A stretch of DNA of 64,000 nt, taken from positions 27,032,001 through 27,096,000 of the forward strand of contig NC_043015.1 of NCBI RefSeq assembly GCF_006345805.1. Reading direction: 5' to 3'. This document shows, piece by piece, positions 51,583 through 64,000 of this stretch; within the stretch, counting starts at the first letter, position 1, and every line of letters begins with the position of its first letter. Origin of the DNA: Octopus sinensis. Lineage: Eukaryota. The position numbers and the translations under genes were made by a program. The notes under the pieces are model-generated. The model had not been told where the DNA came from and searched no databases. It worked only from the letters and a program-made list of their open reading frames with translations.

Positions 51583-52642
51583 CCCTTTCGTTACTATATT
51601 TCTGACCAAAATACACCCCTTATGTGTTTCAATTAATTTCTAACATAATCATAAATTTAGTCTGGTTTCATTAAATAACTATAACTTTTTTATTTTATCA
51701 ATATATTAATGTGATTTTTGGAAGATAAGTTAATGAAATGTTCTCAACCAATTCTATACTATAATTTTTGTCACAAAGTGACACTAATTGAAGGTAGATA
51801 CAGGTAAATTCAACAAAATATAAAATTATTAAAATTTTGTTCAAACATCGCTATAGAGAATGGGTTATTAGCTAATATTCAATTGGGTATACAACAAAAT
51901 TTTACGATAGATTTTGTTATTCTGGGTAACTTTCTGATACCCATAATAATATTTATGGCAAAATAGTCTTAATTTCATTTAAGGTTGTGGGAAACCACTA
52001 ACTATCCTTTCTTTCGTTTTGTTTACATTTAGCGTAACGGTTCGTTTCTGCCGTAATGATTTCAAATAGGCTAATTCGAAAAAGTAAAAAGAAATAATCT
52101 AAGGCTTTATTTACTCTTCAGGGAAAGTCTGTGGCTTGGTCCAGTTTCTTCAAAAAAAATCACCGAAAGAAACCGTTTTTAAATTTTCACTCCATTCAGG
52201 TGCCAATTCATTTTCTTTATCTCTGTCGGAGCTCTCGGATTCACTGTTTTCACTTTCGGAAAATGAAACATCAGATTCATTATCAAATACCACATGCCAA
52301 GGTCTTCAGTAGAAAATCCTTCGAATTCTGACTCGCTGCTTGATATAATGAAATTCGTATCCATTTTTTGTCAGAATTACAAATTTTGAAAATCAATAGG
52401 AACAAATTTCGGAAAAAAATCTCCCAAAGTTCACGGAATTACAATTACAGTTCGATTTTTGTACAAAACTCTAGTTGAACTGGTTACGAAGTATAATACG
52501 TGTTTTCACGAATGTACTAAAGAGATTTGCTCTGATATTCTCATTTAAATATGAATAAGTAAATACGGGCGGGTTTGGGCGGTTTGGTCACATTAGCCAA
52601 AATTTTTATCGGGCGGCTTTGGCCGGTTTGGTAACGAAAGGT
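51583..52642 (-). mobile_element. Internally deleted piggyBac-type element
   Basis: TGAA|CCCTTTCGTTAC ... GTAACGAAAGGT|TTAA (decayed TTAA TSD, CCC-starting TIRs); acidic N-terminal remnant MDTNFIISSSESEFEGFSTEDL on the minus strand. Confidence 0.7.
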
Positions 52643-53254
52643 TTAAAAGTGCTGGCAAGTTTGCATGACAACAATTATTTTCCTCAAATGAAAGGCGTGA
52701 CCTCTAGGACAAAATTCCTCATCTTATAAAATGTGGCCACAGTAGACCCGAATGAAATCGGGTTATATTAACCAAAAGGTGAAAAGGGGTATAAATGGGG
52801 CTGGAAGGGGATTAAAATTTAAAGGAGCGAGTGTTTAGGAATTCTCTGTTACATCAAGCTAAAAAATTTGCGCCAGCCTTTTAATATTCAATGTGTTGCC
52901 GTCCATGATGAAGAGATTTTGAATGCTTGACATGGTGAGTCTACTGTCGTGAGAAAGAATTACTTCAAAACTTGGTGTTTACGAATTTTATTTTACATCA
53001 AGTTGAAAATTTTACGCCAGCCGTTAAACTGTCAATACGTTGCTGTCCGTCGTTAAGAAATGCCAGTCATGGTGACTCTACTATCCTCACATTCTATCCC
53101 TTCAAACTTTGCTTTCCAATATTTTATTATTTTTATTCAGGTCGCAAGTTCGTCTGTCCCTTTTAAATGTTAGCGTTTTGCTGTCTGCCTTCAAGCAGAC
53201 CTTTCCGTTGCCACTGCCTGATATTTATGATTGATCTTTCTAACTATTTTATTT

Positions 53255-55709
53255 CTCAACTTACTCAAGATCTTCTGTTGTTTATAAATGGGAGAGAGAT
53301 AGATAAAGATAGAGAGTAAGAGAAAGCGAGGGAGAGTCCGAGAGAATAGAAAAGTAAGAGAGTGGGAAAGTGAGAGAGAAAGGAGAGAGAAACAAAGAGG
53401 GAGAATCATCATCATCATCGTTTAACGTCCGTTTTCCGTGCTAGCACGGGTTGGACAGTTTGACCGGGGTCTGGGAAGCCAGGAGGCTGCACCAGGCTCC
53501 AGTCTGATCTGGCAGTGTTTCTACAGGTGGATGACCTTCCTAACGCCAACCACTCTGTGAGTGTAGTGGGTGCTTTTTCGTGCCGCCGGCACAGGTGCCA
53601 AGGGGGCTCGCAGTGGCAACGATCGGTTGGTGCTTTTTACGTGCCACTAGCACAGAAGCCAGTCAAGGCGGCGCTGCAATTGGCCACGTTCTGATGGTGC
53701 TTTTAACGTGCTGAAAGGAAGCAACAGAAAGTAACAACCACACTTTTACCCGCGCGTAGAGCGGGTCACCTTCAGCTAGTATATATATAAAACTGAAATG
53801 CGTTTCCACCGCTTGGATCGCTTTCAAGGCCACTACACCCCGTACGATTGACTCCAAAATTTACAGGGACATGTAAAATGAGGTGACGATGCCCGTGGGC
53901 TACCTTAGAAATCCCTATCTTAAAAGGTGTCGTTGTTAGGGCTAAAATTCCACTTTGACAAGTCCACTCCCGTTCTTAATGTATCTGTATTCAACTCACT
54001 CTCGCTATTTCCTCTCTTCCCAGCACTTTTTCACTCACTCTATTTCCTACATTCCCATTACTTTCACTTTGTCAAACGGCCTTCTTTTATGTATCTGTCT
54101 GCATTCATAGAGAGAATTACCATCGCCACAACCAACACACAATCATGACAACAAATATTATGAATCTCGCCATCGCATTCTATTGTCTGTCTGTCAACGC
54201 GCCGATCGAGCAAATACTCAACTTATTCAAGATCTTTTGTTGTTTATAAATGGGAGAGAGATAGATAAAGATAGAGAGTAAGAGAAAGCGAGGGAGAGTC
54301 CGAGAGAAAAGAAAAGTAAGAGAGTGGGAAAGTGAGAGAGAAAGGAGAGAGAAACAAAGAGGGAGAATCATCATCATCATCGTTTAACGTCCGTTTTCCG
54401 TGCTAGCACGGGTTGGACAGTTTGACCGGGGTCTGGGAAGCCAGGAGGCTGCACCAGGCTCCAGTCTGATCTGGCAGTGTTTCTACAGGTGGATGACCTT
54501 CCTAACGCCAACCACTCTGTGAGTGTAGTGGGTGCTTTTTCGTGCCGCCGGCACAGGTGCCAAGGGGGCTCGCAGTGGCAACGATCGGTTGGTGCTTTTT
54601 ACGTGCCACTAGCACAGAAGCCAGTCAAGGCGGCGCTGCAATTGGCCACGTTCTGATGGTGCTTTTAACGTGCTGAAAGGAAGCAACAGAAAGTAACAAC
54701 CACACTTTTACCCGCGCGTAGAGCGGGTCACCTTCAGCTAGTATATATATAAAACTGAAATGCGTTTCCACCGCTTGGATCGCTTTCAAGGCCACTACAC
54801 CCCGTACGATTGACTCCAAAATTTACAGGGACATGTAAAATGAGGTGACGATGCCCGTGGGCTACCTTAGAAATCCCTATCTTAAAAGGTGTCGTTGTTA
54901 GGGCTAAAATTCCACTTTGACAAGTCCACTCCCGTTCTTTAATGTATCTGTATTCAACTCACTCTCGCTATTTCCTCTCTTCCCAGCACTTTTTCACTCA
55001 CTCTATTTCCTACATTCCCATTACTTTCACTTTGTCAAACGGCCTTCTTTTATGTATCTGTCTGCATTCATAGAGAGAATTACCATCGCCACAACCAACA
55101 CACAATCATGACAACAAATATTATGAATCTCGCCATCGCATTCTATTGTCTGTCTGTCAACGCGCCGATCGAGCAAATACTCAACTTATTCAAGATCTTT
55201 TGTTGTTTATAAATGGGAGAGAGATAGATAAAGATAGAGAGTAAGAGAAAGCGAGGGAGAGTCCGAGAGAAAGGAAGAGTAAGAGAGTGGGGAAAATGAG
55301 AGAGAAAGGAGAGAGAAACAAAGAGGGAGAATCATCATCATCATCATCGTTTAACGTCCGTTTTCCGTGCTAGCACGGGTTGGACAGTTTGACCGGGGTC
55401 TGGGAAGCCAGGAGGCTGCACCAGGCTCCAGTCTGATCTGGCAGTGTTTCTACAGGTGGATGCCCTTCCTAACGCCAACCACTCTGTGAGCGTAGTGGGT
55501 GCTTTTTTCGTGCCGCCGGCACAGGTGCCAGGGGGGCTGGCAGCGGCGATGATCGGCTGGTGCTTTTCGCGTGCCACCGGCACAGAAGCCAGTCAAGGCG
55601 GCGCTGCAATCGGCCACGTTCGGATGGTGCTTTTTACGTGCTGAAAGGAAGCAACAGAAAGTAACAACCACGCTCTTACACGCGCGTAGAGCGGGTCACC
55701 TTCAGCTAG
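53255..55709 (+). mobile_element. Head-to-tail array (about 2.6 units, 962-968 bp) of a non-autonomous Helitron carrying an RTE-type 3' fragment
   Basis: Hairpin CCCGC-GCGTAGA-GCGGG plus CTAG at 53776, 54738 and 55706, the first two followed by TATATATATAAAACTGAAATGCG. Confidence 0.8.
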
Positions 55710-55736
55710 CATATATATATATATAATATATATATA

Positions 55737-55781
<45 letters not shown>

Positions 55782-56062
55782 GTATATATGTATGTATGTA
55801 TGTATGTATATACATACATATATATATATTGGCTCCTGTGCAGGTGGCACGTAAAAAACACCATTTGAGCGAGGCCGTTGCCAGTACCGCCTGACTGGGC
55901 CTCATACCGGTGGCACATAAAAGCACCCACTACACTCTCCAGCTGTAGAAACTCTGCCAGATCAGATTGGTGCCTGGTGCATTCATCTGGCTCGCTAATC
56001 CTCAGTCAATTGTCCAACCCATGCTAGCGTGGAAAGTGGATGTTAAACGATGATGATATATA

Positions 56063-56128
<66 letters not shown>

Positions 56129-56139
56129 ATATAATATAT

Positions 56140-57039
56140 AAAATAAATATAAGAGAGTGGTCACTATATGGCTCACTCTAGCACCAGTTAATCCAAAAGG
56201 TTTCAACCACAAAAATACATGTTCCCATGAAAGTCAGTACGATTGTTAGCTCACACGGACAGGGCAAATAAAAAATAACAAAAATACAGATTATTTTGGG
56301 ACAATTGTTTCGCTATTAATGAATTAAATGTAATTTTACTTACAAAAAAATCCACTTGTAGCTCCTCAGCCAAAACTATCTGGATGAAATCCACTCAATC
56401 ACACGCCAGATTTTACCATAACGATAAATACGCGTGTGGTTCAATTGATTACATCCGACGTTATAATTCAAATGCCCCAACTAACAGCGCGCCAAACTTT
56501 CACGGAAAACAAATACAGCATTTAGAAATAAATGCAGCATAATTATAATTAATTAATAAGGGTGAGAGAATTAGATACTAATTTAATAGTATATCTATTC
56601 AACACCAAGTGGCCTAGTGCTCCGAGAAACCTGGATTATTATAATATTTTATAATATATTATAATATTTTTACAAAATAAATATAAGAGAGTGGTCACTA
56701 TATGGCTCACTCTAGCACCAGTTAATCCAAAAGGTTTCAACCACAAAAATACATGTTTCCCATGAAAGTCAGTACGATTGTTAGCTCACACGGACAGGGC
56801 AAATAAAAAATAACAAAAATACAGATTATTTTGGGACAATTGTTTCGCTATTAATGAATTAAATGTACCGTGAAAGTTTGGCGCGCTGTTAGTTGGGGCA
56901 TTTGAATTATAACGTCGGATGTAATCAATTGAACCACACGCGTATTTATCGTTATGGTAAAATCTGGCGTGTGATTGAGTGGATTTCATCCAGATAGTTT
57001 TGGCTGAGGAGCTACAAGTGGATTTTTTTGTAAGTAAAA
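56140..57039 (-). mobile_element. HHR-bearing 534-bp repeat unit plus a second, 5'-inverted copy
   Basis: 56140-56332 is repeated at 56674-56867; 56868-57039 is the reverse complement of 56334-56505. Confidence 0.85.
56288..56381 (-). ncRNA. Type I hammerhead ribozyme with 12-bp stem I
   Basis: AGATAGTTTTGG/CCAAAATAATCT stem I (one mismatch); CTGAGGA; GCTA-[43 nt]-TAGC stem II; GAAA; palindromic ACAATTGT stem III; GUC site. Confidence 0.88.
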
Positions 57040-57056
57040 AAGTATTGCGAACGCGG

Positions 57057-57161
<105 letters not shown>

Positions 57162-58007
57162 TGTATGTATGTATATGTTTGTATGTATGTATGTATGTAT
57201 GCATGCATGCATGCATGTATGTATGTATGTATGTATGTATGTATGTATGTATGTATGTATGTATGTATGTATGTATGTATGTATGTATAAAACGGGCTTT
57301 TCTCGGGTTCCGTCCACGAAATCCACTGAGAAGCCTTTGGTCGGCTCCAGACTATAGATGAAACGTGTAGCGATGTAGCGAAGTGCCACAGACCATGGAA
57401 CGATGTGGTTAGGAAGGTACCTTCTTACCAATCAGCCAATGGTAGGCGTCCTTGTGTGGTGTATTTAAGATATATTTACATATGTGTGCGCATGTGTTTA
57501 TATGTGCAAAATGTATATAGATATACGTATACATTTGCTCACACATGCATATACACTTTTTAGCAGACGTAAAAGAAAAGAAAAAAATTAAGAACCAAAT
57601 AAAGGGAGAAAAGAACGTAAAAGGAAAGAAAGAATGAAAGAGAGAAAGAACTGGAACTAAGGAAATGAAAAACAAAAACTTTAAAAAAGTAAGGATTGTT
57701 GAGGGATGTTTGTGTTTTTGTCTGCCAAAAGTAATCAGAGGCAAAATTCTGATTAAACACTCAACTCGTTAGACGCTGTCTTCCTACAGGCCATAAACCA
57801 TCAATCTGCCCACACACGCACACTAATCAACGAGAAGGTGGAACTTGAGCGAATCGACAGTTTTAGCACTTCCAGCGCCGTTTCGTTGTCATTAAATTCA
57901 TTGTTGCAGGCAAAATTGTTTTGCTGCGCTTACGTACATATTTGTTAATGTAAGGAGAGGTGCATATGGCCACACCATGTATTCATTTATGTATGTAAAA
58001 ATCTCGA

Positions 58008-58046
<39 letters not shown>

Positions 58047-58706
58047 GTATGTATATCTCTGTATGTATATCTCTGTATTTAAGTACGTATGACTGGATGA
58101 AAAGATGAATGAAGGAATTACATGAAGGAATTACATATATACAATTTTATATATACACACACAAACACACACAACACACACACACGCACGCTCACAAACA
58201 CATGCACATATTTATATATTATTCACACATACATATGTATATGTAAATGGATTTAATGTTGCATAGGAAGCTGGCCATATTAACTTGTGTATGTATGTAT
58301 GTATGTATGTATGCATGTATGTATGTGTGTATGTATGTATGTATGTGTGTATGTATGTATTATGTATGTATGTATGTATTATGTATGTATGTATGTATGT
58401 ATGTATGTAGGTATGTATGTATGTATGTATGTATGCATGGATGGTTGTGTGTGTATGTGTATGCATATAGGCATGTATGTATATATGGTGTATACATGTA
58501 TGTATACATAGATTATCCACAAGTAATTTCTGTACGTCACACATAATCAAATTTTTGTCTTTCCATCTTTATATACAATGCTATTTATTTCTGCGTATGT
58601 ATGCGCGTGTGCGTACCTATATTTCTGCGTATTTGTTTGTATGTGCGTGTGTGTGTATATGCGCTCGTGTGCATACGTTTGTGCGTATGCGCGCGTGTGT
58701 GTATGT

Positions 58707-58745
<39 letters not shown>

Positions 58746-60266
58746 ATGGTGTCTGAGTCTGCCAGCACGTGCCTGTGTGTGTAAGTATTGTGTGCTTGAG
58801 TGTGTGTGTGCAATTAGTTTGTGCAATGCAACATACGTTTCCAGAGGTGGGATGGTCGTGGCCGTCATTTATTTCATCCTGGAACTATTCGATCAGGGTT
58901 GACCCGTAGGTAAACAACAGCAACAAAAACAATTATATCATTCAATCGACCAGGCATTGATGAGGTAGGCGTTACATTGAGATCGATATTGCGTCCTGTT
59001 ATTTTGCGAGAAGTACTCTTTTTTTAGCTTGATCTAAATAATTTCCATTGACAGAAATAGCAGCAGAATCCCTTTCAGATATTGAACAGGAAGAAGTACA
59101 CTTGATATGGTATAGTCCGAGAAATATAAAACAATCATCGGTGTGGTCATTGTTGGAAGGTCTTTTAACAAAAATGTCTTTATTATGGTCAGTCAAATAA
59201 AGCAAAACAGAAACATTTTTAAGGGAGAAATAATAGGAATGCTAGAAATAGCAGCGAAATGCCCCTCAAAATTATATCCCAACATTTTTGTATCCATTTT
59301 TTAAGAAACTACAGCAATAAAAACAATAAAAAGAAACATCTTTCCAGCAAACAGGGATATTTCTGAAAAGTGACTTGACCAACGAGAATTAGTAGCGAAG
59401 TTAATCCTCAATCTATAGCCTTAGATCCGAAGCAAAATGACAAGATGGTCACAGTTGGAATATCACTAAACACTGATCACCTCGATCAGGTCTCATCTGG
59501 GACTAAACAGCAACAATAACAAACTGAATACGACATCTTTCGACTTTAAAAAATGGCATCTACGAGGAGGCTCAGCTTGCAAGGAATCTCAGATCACTTT
59601 CCACTTTGTTACAGACAAAATATATGTCTGCAGATAATGTAGATGTAGAGAGATTCATGCCGTACAAAAGAAAATAATTAAATGAATAAGACAGAGAGAT
59701 CATGGTTACAATACCTTTGAAGAGAAAAGAATTTGTTGGAGCAGAATTTAGATTTAGAAATACAACAACAATAACAAACACCAATGAAGAATTAAAATGG
59801 CGCCTGAGATACTCCGAACAATAAGCGAACAGATCTTTAGATGCAATCTAGTACAACGTTCACCTCACAATCCTCCGTGATTCTCTTCGTTATAATTTCT
59901 TTTTAATGGCAACTGTACTTAAATCAAGTTGAAAATACAAAACTCAAATACAAAAATTACAATTTATCATTTAACACAAACCAATATTTATCTCATTTCT
60001 TGTTTATTTTGTCGTTTATTCTCTTTCTATCTCCTTCCCTGTCTTTCCTATATACATACAAGATGTATATATATATATGCGTGTGTGTATGTGTGTGTAA
60101 CTAACTTTCAAAATAAAGAACTCGAGACAGAGATAGACTGAGACGTCGAGATTATTCATAACATTGGATTATTGGAATTGATCTTAATGGAATGCATCAT
60201 GTGTGTGTGCATATATATATATATGTTTTTATGTATATATATGTGTGTGTTTGTGTGTTATGCATT

Positions 60267-60317
<51 letters not shown>

Positions 60318-60444
60318 GTGTTTGTATATCAATATATATGTGAATGTGTATGCGTGTAACCCTTTCTCAAATCTCTAACTCCATAACTCTTTCTCTCCAA
60401 CACCCATTTCTCTCTTTCATGCTCAGAACTCCCTCTATCCCGCT

Positions 60445-60476
<32 letters not shown>

Positions 60477-61379
60477 CCTCTTTCTCTCTCTCTCTCCTCT
60501 TCTTCTATATCCCTTTCCTTACTTCTTATCTTTCTTATACACCCGGTTAGTGTAATTATTCTCCATCTTACAACGCACACCAACCATTTCTCATGCGACA
60601 ACTCGAAAATAGCAGCAACCAGTGGTATTTAATAATAGAGAAGTAGGAGTACAGTTGGTGAGGTGGCAGGAGACTAATAGAGGGGGTGGCGAGTTACGCG
60701 AGGAAATAGATATTAAATACCTATCGCAGTAAATAAAACACTCCATTAATTTCCTTTTAGGAATCTTATTTTCAACACGGAAACGCGTGTCTCTCAAGAC
60801 GAACTCTTTCAACTTTGGAAATTACAAATATTTCTTTCATTTTTATAACAATTTGAAAATCATGAAACGCTTTTGGGCGTTTCAAATGTGCACACGTTAG
60901 GAAAGGTTTTAAAACAGGCAATAACCACAGAATATATCATCTGGAACTGTGGAGAGGAAGCATTATCTTTCCTATTCGCTATAATAGACAGTAGAAATGT
61001 AATTATTTAAGACTTAAAGATTTCATTGGAGAGATATTATAGTTTAATATGTGATATTCTATTGTCATGAAAACTGATTCCAATCGGGGTGGAAGCTGAC
61101 GATCAGTTCAGTTATCTCAAAATATCATCTAATATCGATTTTTTTCCAGGTCTTACGTCTTCGTTTCGTATCTTCTTCGCTGATTTACATGTAAATAAGT
61201 GATGTGAAAGGGTTGCTGGTGGATAGGTGACACATGCGCACCCACACACACACATACAAATACGCACACACACACACACAACACGACACAATACACACAC
61301 ACGCACACAAACGTGCATACGCACATACACGCCCAAGTGCGCAAGTCTGCACCTATGATGTATATATATATATATATAC

Positions 61380-61437
<58 letters not shown>

Positions 61438-62859
61438 TATATATATATGGACATATACATATATACACATATATACATGTATGTGTATGTCTGTATGCAT
61501 GTGTGTATGCATAAATGCATGCATGTGATATATATATATATATATAGACGAAATTACATACGCATGTATATGTCTATGAATATATGCATTTATGCATGTA
61601 TCTCTGTGCGCGCGTGCGTGCGTCTCTATATGTGTCTAAGCAAAGTGACTGTTGCTCAATCTCTTGTCAATGGAGGAAACACGATTCCTTGAGTTAATCC
61701 GCTCTTCTTATAAACAAAGAACAACCTATATACAACTATAAATGACATATTGTGAATACGTGGCCTACAAGTGTGATCAAGCGCCTACAAGTGTGATCTT
61801 CGTAATTTTGATACTCTGGAGCATGAAGTCTTGAAGGATTGGCTTTTGATAGCGATTTCTTACTTGACACAAACTCATAATCATTATATTCTCTTCATTT
61901 CATTTTTTAATTATTTTCTTTAACAAATATTTAATATTACAATCGTTCCACTTTAATGAAAAGGATTTACCGAAAGAACGAGTGATTTCTGACGGTTTTC
62001 TGGTCAGAATGATTTTTTGTATTTGTTTTTTATTTCGAAGCTCTACAAAATCATCGAAAATTTCACCTACGAACTGAGACGGGTGCAATAATGAAAATGG
62101 ACCTTTGAAACCATTGTTAAGAGAAAAGTCAATGGTGGTATTGGATAGAAAATCTTGCGGAATTCGTTCCGACTCACCGCACGTCGAGTTCAAATCCCGC
62201 CGAGATCAAATTTACCCTGTCACTCTTTGGCGGTCGGTGACAAAAATGTAACAATCCAAGGTAGCGGTGGATTAGCAGAATTGTTAGGGTGCTTGATGGA
62301 GTACTTTGCGGTATCTGATCTGATCGTATGCATTCTGAGTTCAAACTGTGTCTTGCACAAAAAAATCAAATACAGTGACATTTCTGTGAAGGAGTTACGA
62401 CCAACAAAAAATTTCAGCTGTTTGACAAAAGAACCGGCTTCTCAAAATTAAGAATAAGGATCAAGGCTCTAAAAATATGTATTCAAATATTGTGGATAAA
62501 TGTTGGAATATTAGTTACAGACTTCATTAGTTGGAAAATGTCTGGGTCTATTTTTACAGATCCTCAATCAACGTCTTTATAAAATTAGTGATGTATTCTT
62601 CAAGTTGTGCCAGTTTAAGCATCTAACGCATTTCAATTCACTCTCACCTCATGTCTCCATAATGTTTATTATCATCTTCGCATTGCTGTGTCGACAATTA
62701 GAACAGTCATTTTCGCTATCATAGAAAATTAGCCAGATTTATTATGGGTTTCCTGAGGGCAGGTCTCCATATTGAGGTTCCATACTACTTTGGTAATATC
62801 ATTTACTAAGACAAGTAGAGAAGTTCATAGGAGAGGCATTCTTCTTATTCTTATTATTA

Positions 62860-62917
<58 letters not shown>

Positions 62918-63948
62918 GCAGTAGTAGTAGTAGTAGCAGCAACGGCAGTAATAGCAGCTATTGTAGTTGTTATTGTGGTGATGGTAACGGGGATATATTT
63001 TGAAATAGATTTTGAAAGTTACAAATAATTTCATTTTTTCCTGAAATATATGTCAAAGATTTGTGTGCGTGCCAAGGGACATGTATGTATATAAATATGC
63101 AAATATACATGCATATATATATGTATGTGTATATGTGTGTGTGTGTGTGTGTCTATGTGTGTGCGCGTGCCTGTGCGCGTGCCTGTGCGTGTGTGTGTCT
63201 ATGTGTGTGCGCGTGTGTGTGTGTACATATATATACATACATACGTATAGGCATGCGATTGCTTCCTCTAACAGCCAACATATTATGACACCCGTATGCA
63301 TCATTAATTTCCTAAGCGGGTTTCTCCTTTCCTAACTATCTTCCTTCAGCCGCATTCCTTCCAGGCTTCTATTGCACTCATTTTCTCCACCAACCACCTT
63401 TTTATCTTTCACTCTCCTCTTTTACTTTTTTTCCTATCATTCTTTACTGACGAAGTACTTGTGCCTGAAGCGTCAAGACAGTTTGCAGCTTTCAGATTTA
63501 ATCACATACATTTTCTAAAACTTATCACTCCAGTGTTGTCATTTTTTTTTTTTTGTGTTCCTTAGCATTCACTGTGTGTGTGTGCGTATTGTGTGTGTGT
63601 ACGCGCGTGCATGTTGATTCAATATATAACACTAAGCTTATTGCGTGCAGTGTTCCTCAGCTACAAAACAACTGCCCAGGTACACAACAGATCACGTAAA
63701 TTAAAACTTGCCGGCATCTTAGCTGAGAATTACAGAACTTGTATCTTGCGTAGTCCATTCCTTACAAGTATATCACTTAGTTCAATTCAAATATCTTTTC
63801 TTTCCCTCTTGCTGAAGAAGGTTTTGCCTATGTTTAATGTACAACCGGCTACTTGAAACACATACGTGTTCTGATTATTTGACATATTATTCTGTAAAAT
63901 ATTCGATTTGAGCTAATTGTAATTTAGTTAAAGGGAACATGTTATTAT

Positions 63949-64000
<52 letters not shown>

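Noticed and set aside
52855-53090. Old approximately 140-bp imperfect duplication as a transposase remnant
   Set aside because: The duplication is visible, but its translations give no convincing DDE or hAT motif.
61146-61185. Minus-strand GAAA-CG-AAGA-CG-TA-AGACC as a hammerhead 3' half
   Set aside because: No upstream core, stem II or complementary stem I strand.
63803-63825. CTGAAGA-AGG-ttttg-CCT as a hammerhead 5' half
   Set aside because: No following GAAA or stem III.

Overview
Eukaryotic, extremely microsatellite-rich, apparently intergenic or intronic DNA. The SINE/LINE families and (TA)n/(CA)n/(TATG)n density suggest an octopod cephalopod genome (inference from recognition, not a search). 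No host protein-coding gene can be supported, and most listed ORFs are microsatellite artefacts. Coding remnants are all transposon-derived: four Penelope-like element (PLE) fragments, a near full-length CR1-group LINE whose ORF1 appears to carry a Myb/SANT-like trihelix domain plus a CCCH finger, two more fragments of that LINE group, an R4/Dong-like RT fossil and a mariner fossil. Non-coding elements include a piggyBac-type element, tRNA-derived SINEs and two head-to-tail Helitron arrays. The main unexpected signal is a dense set of type I hammerhead ribozyme (HHR) motifs from about nine unrelated sequence families. These include canonical C3-G8 cores, natural G3-C8 and U3-A8 swaps of the tertiary core pair, and a CUGUUGA(A) variant. 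Several sit at the fold-back point of long palindromes or in retrozyme-like repeat units, and one was captured and duplicated by a composite Helitron. All structures were folded by eye. Scattered single-base indels suggest long-read consensus errors, so some frameshifts and palindromes need read-level confirmation.
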